A stretch of DNA of 64,000 nt from Octopus sinensis. Its lineage: Eukaryota. The position numbers and the translations under genes were made by a program. The notes beneath the pieces are model-generated. The model ran no database searches. It saw only the letters and a list, made by a program, of their open reading frames with translations, and was not told where the DNA came from. The stretch covers positions 124,001-188,000 of the forward strand of contig NW_021836000.1 of assembly GCF_006345805.1 (NCBI RefSeq). Reading direction: 5' to 3'. Numbering within the stretch: position 1 is the stretch's first letter; each line of letters starts with the position of its first letter. Positions 1 through 12,399 of this stretch are shown here, one piece after another.

Positions 1-500
1 TCAGTACACATACACGGATACGCTTATTCAAATTACTGGTGAAACCTATTCTCCTTTATAATGCCGGAACATGGGGACTTTCTGATACGAACAATTTGAA
101 GCCAGATTCCTTCATAAAGACCAACTTCGTCGCACTCTAAGCTCTTAATGGCATTCAAGGCTCAGCAGTAAAACAGTTTATGCCAGAACATCAAGCAAAC
201 CAATCTCTGATGCAGATAGAGGCTATCCGGACACATCCTAATGGTGGATTTGGATGCACCGGCAAACACCGCTATGGAAGACTATTTCGTAACTGACGGC
301 TTTTGTATCCATGGAGTCCCAATAAATACTTTCTTGGTGACACTGGAAAGAGACCTTTGGAGTGTCAGAAAACTTTTAAGGACGGGGACGATCTTGACGC
401 ATTGCGGGACGTCGGCCAAGAAAGAGGGAAATGGTCCAAACTATTAACTCTTATTGTTTCTTGCGCTGCACAAGCTTTGTCATGATCCATTGAATCGCGA
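1..500 (+). mobile_element. RTE-like LINE 3' fragment (degenerate RT C-terminus)
   Basis: Frameshifted translation gives RIRLFKLLVKPILLYNAGTWG...R*RLSGHILMVDLDAPANTAMEDYF...TLERDL...QERGKW. Same type as 36250-36650 and 50395-51333. Confidence 0.65.
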
Positions 501-789
501 AAGTGCATAAATAATAATAGGGTAACAAAATGGGCGATTTTCAGAATAGGACTGTGACAATAATTAAACTAAATAATAAAAATAATCATTATATCAATAA
601 ATAAAGAGTCAAATTACGAGTTTAGACTAAAATACTTTTCAACTAAAAATCGTATTTTCGAATAATTGATTGATCATTTAAATTTCGTGAATATTAAAAG
701 TATCGTCTTGAGTATGATACTTTTTATATTATGCAAAATTTTAAACGCCTCTTCATGATTTATTTTATTTGCGAGTGTTATTTCATCAA

Positions 790-2140
790 AAATACCACGT
801 GTTTGTTTTTCATCATCGTTTTTGAGGGATTCTTCTATTTAAACGTGTAATCAAAAAAATCTGATTGTTCCATTGGATACAAAATATTAAATTGCTTTAC
901 TGTCTCTTCATATTTCTCAATCATATAGCTAGAACAGGGGTCGGCAAATACTTTTGGAGAAGAGCCAATTTTGAACATTTTTGGAAATTTCGAAAAATTG
1001 AAGAGCCACCTTTTACCACTTGTCAAAAATTTAAATTCATAAAATTAAATAGACATTAATTAAAAAAATAATTAAAAATTCATTTTAGAAAATTAAATTA
1101 ATTAGACGCATTAATTTAAATTGCTGACTTTAGCACGTAGAGGGTTTATAACGAACGATAGTGTTGCTTTTTCTTTTCTAAAATCCTTAAACCTTTTTAT
1201 ATTTAAACATTCATTTTTAACCTGTCATTGAAAGATTCCTTCATATACAAAAGAACATTTTTAAAATAAGTTTTATTTATAGTTCGATCATTTTCTTTCA
1301 AATATTAGCGTAATTTAGGAAAATGTAAAATATTTTGTTTCCCTTTTTGCGATTTGGGACCAATTCCCCATCGGCGATCTCGTGGCTTAATAAAAAACTG
1401 GCAATATTTGCAGTCCTGGCATTGTCAGACCAACATTTAAAAGCAGAATTCTCGAACTGATTATTCTTTGTAAGTTCTTCCACAGTTTTCTTTCGGGAAT
1501 CACCAATTGGATATTTTTTGGCGAAATTTAAGTGTTTTGTGTTAAAGTGTCTCTCTAAATTTGACTTTTTATTTTGATTCAAAGTTTCCTGGCAAATGAG
1601 ACATTTCGGTAGTTGTTCTGAATTAGACGTACATGCAAAAGTTTCAGTCCATTTTGATTGAAAATGTCGCTCATTATCGATTTTTTATTAATTTTTTCTT
1701 GCTAGGCATATATCGATGTACCACAAAAAATTAATGTTAAACGTGCAAAGATTTTTTGTTATTAACAAAACAAAAAAAATAGTTAAAAATTGAAATCATT
1801 TATAAAAAAAAATAGTTAAAAATTGAAAGAGCCTACCGAAAGAGTTAAAGAGCCTTCAAAGGCTCGCGAGCCTGCTTTTGCCGACCCCTGAGCTAGAAGA
1901 TTGGATTTTTTCTTCACATGGAATCCACTTTGAATGGTGAAACAATTTTTGATAGTTTTTTCGGTTACTTTATTCTAATCAGAAAAGGTAAACAAAACTC
2001 CATTTGTATTTGTTAAATTTTTGTATTACTCAAGAAAAGCATATCCGCATTCAATTTTCCGAAGAATTTCATTAAATTTAAATTTGAACATAATTGCTAC
2101 ATATAATTTTTATTAAAATCGAGAGGCCAAATGGTCAACA
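790..2140 (-). mobile_element. Degenerate pogo/Tigger DDE C-terminal remnant, split by the hAT insertion
   Basis: KVTEKTIKNCF motif; reading continues across the 935-1890 hAT insertion site. Confidence 0.45.
935..1890 (-). mobile_element. Non-autonomous hAT element (GTF2IRD2/SPIN-like)
   Basis: TIRs CAGGGGTCGGCAAA / TTTGCCGACCCCTG; perfect 8-bp TSD AGCTAGAA (927-934, 1891-1898); BED-like remnant PKCLICQETLNQNKKSNLERHFNTKH. Left end nearly identical to 61143-61322. Confidence 0.92.
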
Positions 2141-3124
2141 ATTTTTTTATTTTTTGGCAATAATTACATACTGACGTCATGCTCAAGAAAAAAGACAGTA
2201 TAAGGCTTCGCTTCGTAGGTAATTATTTTTTAGATGGCATTATTATATATAAATTCAAAAAAATAATTTTAATAATGTTATAATAAAATATTCGTTTTAT
2301 TATAGTTAATTTTATTTGGAAAACCTAATGTAATTAGATAACCACGTCATCATTACTCATTATTTGTTTCGTTGTGCATTGTTTTCTTGTTTTATTCAAA
2401 TTTTATTCTCCTCTATTAATGGTTAATATTTTATTAAAATTGATTAAATATATTGTTGACTTACAGAATTTCATATAATATTTGAATTTTTTGTAATTGA
2501 ATTGATTTTATTTTTACAATAATTTAATCTTTTTTACATGTTAACTATTTTGTGTTGCTTTGATTTGTTTTGTTATCTTTTAATTATCCCTATATCCAAT
2601 TGCTTTGTTGTATTTTTAAATATTACTGAATTTCATATAATATTCGATATTTTTTAATTGAATTGGTTTAAATTCCGTGCATCTGTGGGACGGGAGCTTG
2701 TCCCATTCACAACGCATATGGCTGAAACCCGCAGTTATTCCAAAGCAGATGAGGTTGTTAGCTTCGCCTCTGGAGTCCAGCGTAAGCTTTCCGACCGGAA
2801 TGTCGGCTCCATTACGAGAGTACTCTTCAAACTTAAAGTCTGATTTGAGAGTTTCCTGTAAATGGAGGTCAAGGTCGTCGTTCGAGATCAGTGAGGGATT
2901 CTCTTTAGGATCAAGACTGAGACTTTATCAATTACTGAGACAAGTTTATGGTCGCCTTTGCCAAACATTTTGGTTTTCGAGAGCTCTGTCTTGAAAGAAG
3001 CTGCATCTTCGGTGCATTGGAATTTTAGATTAAAGGAGCCGGACTTCTGCATGTTATCCGGGCTTTCAAAGCAGTTGGCAATTTTTTTAAACTTTTTGAT
3101 CTTTCCCAATTCCATCCCAATGGC

Positions 3125-3358
3125 AACTGTCTATAAATTTGAGTTTTGCGGTTGGCATTTTAAGTTGTAATAAAGTAAAATATATATCAAATCAAAAGAG
3201 AAATAGTCATTGGCAGATAGCCAGAGTATTGCCTCTGACTATTGCTATAGATATTCTTTCGATTAAATACCGGTGCTCACACGGGTCGCCGGTAACCCAG
3301 TTTGTAATTGTAAATCTGAAGTTTGTAATGGACAAATTGACTTGAAAATGATATAGAT
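3125..3358. repeat. Unclassified dispersed repeat interrupted by a short CRE-like 3' end (about 3175-3300)
   Basis: Similar to 33830-33900 and 60710-60785. The insert encodes YLIERISIAIVRGNTLAI on the minus strand and is flanked by AAGTT(T)GTAAT direct repeats. Confidence 0.55.
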
Positions 3359-3365
3359 TAAAACA

Positions 3366-4449
3366 TGTCACAGTCCAGACGTGCGTCACGCCGGACGTGA
3401 GTCACTTTTTAAAAATTTATAAAAATAAATAAAAAATAACTAAATAGATATACCTTACTCCAATTATACCATATTAGTGTTTTTTATGTCTTTTTTGTGG
3501 ATAAAAGTTCATATTATTCCCCCACAAAAAACAAACATAACGCATTTTTGACCCGACATAACGTTTTATCGATTAACTTGAATTTTTTTTATTTAGAAAC
3601 AATTTTAAAATATTAAAAATTATTTTTTTAATTTCCTTAGCCGACTAAACTGTACTTTCTCAATAATATCCCTTTCCTCATTTTCTAAGTCTAATGTGCC
3701 TCCGTCCTGTTTTATCACTCTGTATGCAGATGTATCTATCTGGTCATACAGAGGATATTTTCTCGTGTTTTCATTTATATCTTGATCCATCCGTAAAAGT
3801 GCGTAATCTCCAACTGATATTTCCTCTTCATCAAATCTCCATCTTCTCCTTTTTTTCATTTTTTCGGCCGCACGCCAACCCTAAACCCCACCCTAACGCC
3901 AACCCTAACCCTAATTCTTACCCTACCCCTAGATACAATTGATTAACCTCATTGTGTGTTTGAATAGAGCTAACATATGTCTGCATAGATTTTTGGACGA
4001 GCAATAGTGTATCATTTAATTTAAGTTAGCCGTGTTCAGCTTACAAAAATAAATTTACATGTTTCAAATCTATTTTAAGAAATGAATCCAATAGTTCGGA
4101 TATTCAATCTCTTTCGAATCAACTGCACTATTCTTCAAATGTTCAAAAGTTTTTAGGTCGCTAATTCTACGTAATTCTTTACGTAATCTAAAACATTCTA
4201 CGTAATCTAAAACGTTCTCTTCTACTGATTCCGTCATCAAATGATCCAAATTGTTTAAAAGTTTTTATTTTCAATAAATCATCTTGTAATAGTGTAATTA
4301 GAAACATTTGATAACTTGCAAAATTTAAAAATAAAACACTATAATATATAATATTAATTAAGAAATTGTGATTTTAGAATGATTTTATTATATAGAAAAT
4401 ATAAAAATATCCAAAATCTGACCAAGTGACTCACGTCTGGTCTGTGACA
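3366..4449 (-). mobile_element. Ginger/Tdd-like (integrase-type) DNA transposon, internally deleted
   Basis: TGT...ACA termini; TIR TGTCACAG(T/A)CCAGACGTG(C/A)GTCAC; 5-bp TSD AAACA (3361-3365, 4450-4454). ORF 3620-3859 resembles an integrase C-terminal GPY/F-SH3 region (ISVGDYALL...RKYPL...AYRV...GGTLDL). Confidence 0.8.
3875..3931. repeat. Degenerate (CCCTAA)n telomere-like tract
   Basis: ccaaccctaaaccccaccctaacgccaaccctaaccctaattcttaccctacccc. Confidence 0.7.
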
Positions 4450-4489
4450 AAACATATAATCAAATTGATTTTTTTTTACAAATAAACAC

Positions 4490-5095
4490 TTCTTGAGAAA
4501 CTGTTATTTATTAGAAGTTAACAAAGCCATCTATCCGAAGTGGACCCCGCCAACATAATTGACGTTGCGTTGCCTCTCACGATAGCAACGGAGATCAACT
4601 GGAGAAGCCACCGGGTCTCACGTGTGTCGTGGCTTTTTAATGTGGCTAAGCGTCCAAGCTTCTTTAGGAAGCGAAGCGATTTCCCACTTATTCCTCCAGT
4701 TGTCTCGACCACAATCGGACAGAACACGAATCGATCTCGCAACGCTTCATATTTTCTCTCCTTTGCCCTCATCGTTTTTTCCGCGGCATACAATCTGTCC
4801 ACTCCGGCAATGTTGGACGGGCAGAGAGTGTCCACACAGGTTGCGTCCCAGACTAAGGGTTTCCCCTCTTCAAATGGGAAAATTATGATCCCATCAGGAC
4901 GTTTTCCATCTCCTCGGTCAAGCCCGACCGGTTCAAGTACGGCTGGGTATCCTGCAGACTCCAGGTCTCGCTTGACAATTTTGTTGATCGCCTTGTGTCT
5001 TGGAAATCGTCCTGCACTTCTTCGACAAGAGAGAGCATGGTGTCCATAACAATCGACGGTGGCCCCACACCGGCATTTGTGAGTCCGGCAAATCT
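4490..5095 (-). mobile_element. CRE-like non-LTR retrotransposon 3' fragment (CCHC + RLE)
   Basis: HALSCRRSAGRFPRH, DGKRPDG, LVWDATCVDT, PIVVETTG, ISVAIVRGNA motifs. Confidence 0.85.
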
Positions 5096-5129
5096 ACAGT
5101 CTAAATCTCCAGTCTAATCTCTAATCAAA

Positions 5130-5362
5130 TTGATTATATTTTGTACAGAAGGAACAAAAACCTAATTTGTACAAAACTGGAAGATATGGAAAAACAGAAT
5201 TCGAAAGATTGGATACAGAAACTCTAATAAGCAATAAAATAAAGATGGAGGAGTATTGCAGAAAACTAAGAAAGGAATATAAATACAAACAATGATGAAA
5301 AAGATTTGTGGAATTATGTTAGAGCTGCAATGAAGAATACGGCGTCGTTGGTTTTTGGTATA
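5130..5362 (+). mobile_element. RTE-like LINE fragment, left half (continues at 15756)
   Basis: LWNYVRAAMKNTASLVFG joins, with one frameshift, to THKNKFKYNNEEISHFSSELKNLRIRI after 15755. Confidence 0.6.
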
Positions 5363-5525
5363 CAGTCCGACCCCGAATTGGGGCAGACCCCAGTGGTGGG
5401 GCACCCTCGGATTTTGGGGCACTTTTTTTTGGGCAACATTTGGGCAGAGTAAAATGAAAAATCGATAAAAAATACAAAAATTTTGGGGCACTATAAAATT
5501 GTGGGGGATGAAATTATAAGTAAAT

Positions 5526-7060
5526 TGGCAAATTTATCAGATGGTTTATTACCATCCGGTGTGCAGACATAATAGCACTTAACGTTATCCATTATGACAC
5601 AAGAGAAGAATAGTATCTTTCCTGCTCTCAACATGCTCTTTGTTAGGAAAGGAGCCTGTATGAATTGCGCTTTCAAACAGTTCATCCTATAACCGATGTA
5701 GATTAAACCAGCTCCAGATCTACCATTTTTCCTGTTTTCCGCTGACAGGAAGACATTGATATCTACACTCCTAGTTATGACTCTGAGATGTCTCGGATGG
5801 AATCTACCTATTGAACCTATGTTGGTTCTTAAAAGAACCCCGCCTGATGCCGATCTGTCCTTGACGATTATTGACTTCTCCATCATGTTGCTGTGATAAT
5901 TTCTGTAAGGCTCGTTGTCATCGAAATACGAGAGTGACGGATCTACATTGTCTGAGCCTCGACCGTTGTGCGGATCAATGTCATGTTGATCAGAAAAGGC
6001 ATGCACTGGCACAGTCGTGAAAGGCGGAATGTTCATAGCCTCTTGTCTTAGATTGACCATTTGTGAGGGGTCATACTGTCTAGTGATCACCTCGGTCAAT
6101 TTGCCAATTTCGTTGGTCTGAATGTGCCTTGATATCTCTGACTTGTAATGACCGACATGGTCACACAAGTTCATTTTGATAAGGCTGTCCAAAGCAGTCA
6201 GACCTTCGTCGCTGAGTGATAAAACCGCTTCGTGAAGACCCTTCATGTGGTCAACACCCATCACTCTTGTAGGGAGAATAGAAGTCAGTTTGTTAAGTTT
6301 ATCTTTCTGGAGAATCAACTCGTCATAAATGATTTGATCTTCATCCTTGAGTGTCCCTCTGAGTGGGAGAGCATTCTGAACCTTATCTCGGTTCTCGAAA
6401 TACTCTTTCCTGCTCCTTGTGGTATTTTTGCTTGCCGACGCACTCGATACAAAGTCATTTCGGATCAGGTTCGGATCTTTCATTAAGGCATCCTGCCTGC
6501 ACATTTCTTTCTCTTATTGATTTTCCAGCATCACTCTCTCTGCTTTGTCGGCAAAATCGTTAAAGACTTCTTTAATCTTATCACTGGGTAGATTATCAAA
6601 GTAAGTCTTATCAAATGTGACGGGATTATCCAGGTCATTATCCACAAAGAGTGATATGTCGGTTAATTCCAGCATATTCTTGTGATACTCTGGGTTTTCC
6701 TTTAAGTTCTCATCGGATAAATTGTTTACTGCCTCGCGGACATTTCGCATTCTTGTCAACTTGCTGAAGATGACATCAGTTTCGACGACCCTAGGCCTTC
6801 GAACAAGCTGACTTACGGATGACCCTGAATATGCACTCCTGGATAATTGTAACGATTGAACGTCACTCAAATCCGCTCTATTATTCGTTCCAGTTGTCGA
6901 ACAAACTCAAAACATTCGGCAAGTCCTCTGCTCATTGCAAATGGCATGAGAAGTGAAAAAGGAAAGCAAGGAGGAGGCTTTCGGTGTCTCGATTTTAAAT
7001 AAAACCTTTTCTAATAACTCTTCTCTTTCGGTTGCTAAGTTAATAAAATCTGTTCGTTCG
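5526..7060 (-). pseudogene. Intronless, GC-richer virus-like ORF (about 510 codons, two in-frame stops); candidate endogenous viral element of unknown type
   Basis: ORFs 6907-7164, 6514-6870 and 5491-6504 are one frame, separated only by TGA (6907-6909) and TAA (6514-6516). No micro-introns, no TE motifs; flanked by direct repeat TTATAAGTAAAT. Confidence 0.5.
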
Positions 7061-7074
7061 TTATAAGTAAATAA

Positions 7075-7213
7075 TTTTTTTGAGTAATAAAAATTTATAA
7101 GAATAGAATGCAATGGCTTAGTTTCAATCTGCCTCATTAGATATTCATGTTGAATTTCCACCAATTTCGTTATTGTCGGTTCATTTATATTTTCGATATT
7201 GTACTTTTAGGAT
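7075..7213 (-). mobile_element. Internally deleted RLE-type (R2/NeSL-like) retrotransposon end with poly(A)
   Basis: T-run 7075-7081; 3' end GAGTAATAAAAATTTATAA also at about 14298; KPLHSIL coding segment also at 15081-15105. Confidence 0.7.
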
Positions 7214-7310
7214 AAGAATTAAAAGTTAAAATACAATTCTTTTACAACATCTCAAATTGGATTTTTGTGAGAGTTTTTTGATTAAGAAAAATTTTTTTTG
7301 ATTAAAATAA

Positions 7311-8451
7311 ATGGATTATCAATGGAAACTCCAAAAAAATAAATATTGTTATCTAGGACATATTCCAAGATTTTAAACTGCTATGAAGAGCTTCGTTGTA
7401 TTAAATTGTTAAGACTACTTGGAATAAAATCCATTTGATCTCAAGCAGGTAAAAAAGCGGACAAGACCGCATTTACTTCTTCCTAGCATTCGAGAAAAAA
7501 AGATGCCGTCTTGAAGTCAGACAAAGCCACAATTCACGCATAAATTATCAAAAAACAGTTTTGAAATTTACAAAAACATTGCATCCTTCGAATTTACCAA
7601 AACAAAGTCAAACAAATTTCACATTAACCAATCAAAAAAAGATCGGCTTCGTAAGCCCCAGTGGCTGAAGACTATGGATGTTGGAATTCAAACGTCGTAA
7701 GAACCAAGTTTTCAGCCGGGGTCAAATCTTGTCAACGTTCCCCACCCGTGAGGCGACGAGTCCATCTGGCACGACACAGAGTCGAAAGGGGACCTCATTC
7801 CTTCCCCTGATCACATTACCGATGAAGAATCTCCATTATGCAAAAAACCCGTCCGGATTCAAATGAAGTGCGGTGAGCTACGGTAGGAGGCTGACAAATG
7901 GGAACTGGACATACCAGAAATTCCCCACATCTCTTTGGAGACGGATAGCTGTAATGAAGATTTGGAGGCCAATGTTGATCGGCACAAGCAATCCCTTCGT
8001 TCTTTGCTCCTTCATTTGATTAGTTAGTTGTGACTGTTTGTGCTGGGTTTGCCATGTTGTGCAAGCTTGGGGGTTATAAATAAATAAAAAAAGATCGGGA
8101 AATTTTTAGGCGAGGACTCGTAAAGCTTATAATGTTTTCCTTGTACAACAAATATTAGAAAAAACTAAAATACAAAACCAAGAAGACATATCTTTCAGAG
8201 AAATTGATACATTGGTTAGTCTGAATTGCACAACTTAAGAAATACTAGTACTATATAAACAACGGGATCGACACTCAGCACGTCGCATCACTGGACAGAC
8301 AAGTCCTGGACAGCGCCCTTTCAATGATTAGCCCGTCCCTCAAACACGTTTATTTTCTCAAGTTAGACTTGAAGCCAATCGAATGATTTGATCAAGTCCC
8401 TTGTCGAGAATGTACAGGAGGACTATTTGTTGGGTTTGAGAAAGGCAATAG
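7311..8451 (+). pseudogene. 5' fragment of axonemal inner-arm dynein heavy chain (DNAH7-like)
   Basis: Spliced EIDTL/KY*YYINNGIDTQHVASLDRQVLDSALSMISPSLK...VENVQEDYLLGLRKAI resembles the DNAH7 N-terminus (YYIHHGIDTDHVAP...EDYLLSVRKSI). In-frame TAG, a LINE insertion, and truncation after this exon. Confidence 0.7.
7648..8085 (+). mobile_element. LINE 3' fragment with (TAAA)n tail
   Basis: GC-richer insert ending TAAATAAATAAAA; TSD AAAAAAAGATCGG on both sides. Confidence 0.7.
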
Positions 8452-9836
8452 GTGAGACACTCGGCTACGAAGCATTGACGGTTAACCTGCATACATTCGC
8501 GTTTAAACCGCGAATATTTAAGTTTTATAAACAAAAATTAATGTTTTTCCCAAATTAGCTAAAAGCTGTCTTGTTAAAATAAACTTAGATCCAAAAACTA
8601 AAAATTTTATTATAATACAATTCATTATTTATACAATTCTGTGAAGTTGTGGGCGATTGCTCGTTCGGTTAATTTGTCTATCGCATCCTCCGTCTTGTTT
8701 CGAGCATTTGAATAGCAAGATTAAGGTATATCAATGTTTTCTGTTTTCTCACAAATACCACGTTGTAACGTTTGATTTAAACATGTTTATTTTAATTCAT
8801 ATTAAGAAACAAATAAATTAAAATAAATATAGTTTCATAGATATAAAATAATAAAACCTAAATAAACAAACCCGTGTCAATAAGATATTGAGAATTTAAG
8901 CATTCTCAGACAGCACGAACTTGTACCCATTTTTTACGAAGTTGATAGAAATTTGGATTTATGACGTTAAGATTTTTGAATCCATTTTGAATTTGGTGAA
9001 AATACCAAAAACTTTTGTTATCACTGAATTAAGCATTTCTCCATATTAAAGCTTGAATCATTAATGTAATCATTAGTGACTATATCGGGATTGTAAATTA
9101 AAGAAAATAAATTTAACATCCAATTTTTAAAAAAAAGCCTTTTCGAATTCTCAAATATGTTTGAATAACATCAAATGCAATGTTTTCATCATCAAGATTT
9201 CAATAATTTACAATGTTTTCATCATCAAGATCTTTGCAACGTTTGAGACAAATAATAATTATTTTCGTTTCTCTTTAAATTTTGGATAGTTATTTCTTTT
9301 TTCCCAATCATATATTCAACAAATATTTTTGGGAAATCTAACATATTCAATGAAGTGGTGATCGTTGGTAAACTTTTTTGAACAAATATCAATGAAATAT
9401 TCTTTTCGAATGTTTTATTGCGCTTGCGGCAGTTTTGACATTTTATTGTATTCCAGACACGTAAAAAATCAAAAACTCACTCAATTTTAAACACTATTAA
9501 TATATTAAAAATGCTTACTTTTTGAATTAAATCACTCACGTTAATTTTGAAGATTTTTCTGTGCGGTTATCATATGATTATAAATAATAAATTTCTTCAA
9601 GAAAATCCAACTGTGTTGTTTTTGTTTTTGAAGACATACTTTTGCCAGAATAAATGTACTATATCAAAACTTGTGGTAAATCAGCTAATTATAATTTAAA
9701 CACCATCATTCTTTATTACCGCAAAGAATTATTTATTTAAACTACCATTGTTTCACTCAATTTTATTTTGAGAATTTTTTGTACAGAAAAATTATCAGAG
9801 TTATATTTGATAAAAAGGTTATTCAACTTAGTCTTA

Positions 9837-9953
9837 ATTAAAAATAATTTAGTTTGCCTAAAGTGATAAAAGATTAATCGAAGGGAGGGTCAGCCGCCTG
9901 ACGGATCGCCAAACTGTTCCCCCGGATAACGGCGATCGAAAACCGAAGTTTTT
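9837..9953 (-). mobile_element. Very short CRE-like 3' end
   Basis: Encodes FSIAVIRGNSLAIR; near-identical copies at about 35210-35300 and 63590-63680; TTAGTCTTA on both flanks. Confidence 0.7.
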
Positions 9954-10078
9954 TTAGTCTTAGTTGAAAATTTTTTGATATTTGATTTTAATAAAGGTTA
10001 GTATTTGTCCAAAAAAATAAATTGTTAGTTATATCGATTTCCAGAGACTAGGAGTGAATAATTATTTAAAACATGTCT

Positions 10079-11443
10079 CTATCTAATATTCAGTGATTTT
10101 TTCATTTGTGATATCAAGGGCGATTGTCCTTGGCCGCATTCATCTCCATTAACATCGTCAAAATCTAAAGTCCAAACAAACATCCCTGCTAGTCCATTAT
10201 CTTTCACATATTTTCCCTACAAGATAAAGAAAAATTTATTTCCCTTTTCTTTAATACTTCTGATACTTTCATATCCCAACCAATGATAGTCCTTAACTCC
10301 ATGAGAAGCTTTTTGCTTATCGTCCCAAACTTCATCATAACCTTGATTAGAATACTAAAAATTTTTTTTAGAATAAGAAGTACCTCAATATAGGCTAGAA
10401 TTCCTGATTCTTTTGTTATCGGTCCTTGGCTAGGTCCCCCAACGATTTTATCTCCAATTTTTGGATTTTTTGATCTAGTTTTGAATCCTTGTCCGTAGGT
10501 TGGTAACCCGATGAGTAGTTTTGACTTTGGAGCACCGTGCTTAGACCAATATCTGACTACATAATCCTGTAAATTTTGAGTTTATTTAATCTGAGTACAG
10601 TGTTGAATGTATCAGCATCGTTTATTCCATATAATCCTGTATGATGGCCAACAGTGTCCGAAAATTGACCGTAGAAATCATAAGTCATTAAATTGATGTA
10701 ATCAAGATATCTAATTTTCAGAATGTGAATATTTAACCTAGAAATTTCTCTTATGTCATATGAAGACTGAATTGTCGACACTCCTGCTGAAACAGCTGCT
10801 GTCAACAAATATCTTTTCGAGCCTTTTTGAAATTCTGTGCTCATAATTTTCAAAAGTCGACTGTACGCTTGTTTTTGATTCGTAGGAAATTCCCAATCAA
10901 TGTCAAATCCGTCAAAATTGTATTTCTTTAAAAAGTCTTTTGTTTTTTTAGCAAATGTTTCTGCATTAGAGTCGCTTCTTGATACAGTCGTAAACTCATT
11001 GAGCAGTTTGTTCCACCCTCCGACAGAAAGCAAGATTTTCAAACGAGGATTCAAACGTTTAAGAGAAGTGATTCTATGAAAATCGTTATATTTACCTAAT
11101 ATATATGTAAAAAATTACCTCCAGGCAAGTCAGACCAATTGTCATTTGAAATAATAGAAAGATTATTTACATCAATGGTGCAGAATGCATATATTATATG
11201 CGTACAAAGGTTTGCTAAATGGCTGTCATCGAATTCAAACCCCCCTGGCCTGTATTTTGCCCAGTTTGTATAATAGCAGAACAATACTTTAATAATTATT
11301 CATTTTTATGCTACCTTTAGATTCCACTGGCATAAAAGAATGTGTTAAATCAATTTTTAGGATTTGAACATAAATAAAAAAACCGACTTTTTTAATTAAC
11401 AAAAACACCAATTAATTAGAAAATAACTAGTAATCAACCACAT
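10079..11443 (-). CDS. Secreted GH18 chitinase, catalytic domain only, 8 exons
   Basis: Signal-peptide-like [15 protein letters not shown]; [30 protein letters not shown], intact [11 protein letters not shown] (DxxDxDxE), [21 protein letters not shown]. Seven short introns restore an open frame to TAG. Confidence 0.93.
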
Positions 11444-11689
11444 AATGAATAGACAATTATCATAATGGAACTAGAAGTCTTTGATTTAAGGCTGCCAAAA
11501 TATAAAAGATTTACTGACTAGCAAATTAGCGTTCATTTTTTGACTGGCCATGAAAATCCGTTGGAAAAGTCCGAGTAAAAGTGAAAATCGTTATCAAAAA
11601 GCCATGGTACACTAGTTTAAATTTAAGCTTGCTAATGTGAAGATTTTTATCGCATAAGGATATTTATAAAATATCGATTTATACATATA

Positions 11690-12075
11690 ATTTATTTATT
11701 TACCCCTGCCCCCTTCAGTTGAAGGAAACCGGTGGCTAACAAGAACGAAATTGTCAATGTCGGACGCTCCCAAAGATCCCCGATCGCGATCCGGCGTTTT
11801 GAGGAATCAGAAGGTGGGCCTGGACACGAGAAAAGGTCACTGAGAGAGTGAGAATGCGTGAATTCAGCAAGGCTTATTCTTCGACGATAATTGCGTAGCC
11901 AGGTATGATGGCCACAGCGGAGACGGGCCAAGTTTATTCGGGCTTCTCCAAAAGGGAGGATTCGTTATTGTTTATTGGTGGCGGAAAGCGTCCCAGAAGC
12001 TTGTTTATTCCAAGACATCTGATTGCCTTCGTAGTTACCAAGTCGTGAATTCTCTTTTGGTTATCTCGGATGAAG
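11690..12075 (-). mobile_element. I/Jockey-like LINE 3' fragment
   Basis: ARLRCGHH...HSLSDLFSCP...DLWERP; (TAAA)n tail. Confidence 0.65.
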
Positions 12076-12399
12076 CAGCATTATTTGTTATGCCAAAGTA
12101 ATTTTTATATCCCTGAAATCCATCGAAATTTGAAAGTGGTTTAATCAGGGAATTGCCCTTTAAAATTAGGGATCAATCATTAATCAATTTCGTTACTAAG
12201 ATGACGTTATCGAAAAAAAGCTTTGGTAGACATGCAACTCGCTAGATACATATGTTCTGCTTATCTGGATAATTTGTCTACAATTTTGAGAATTTGTGAA
12301 GAACACAGATTGATCTAAATAGAGATATTGGTTCCTAGTCTAAAATATTTTCCTAAAACGTCGTGTTGAAGAATATTTGCGCCTGATTACACCAATAGT

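Noticed and set aside
5780-5850. LLRTNIGSIGR resemblance to influenza PA (LLRTAIGQVSR)
   Set aside because: Short match with no supporting flanking similarity; likely chance.
6514-6516. Programmed read-through or alternative genetic code in the virus-like ORF
   Set aside because: Host genes end normally in TAA/TAG, and the two stops differ (TGA, TAA); decay is simpler.
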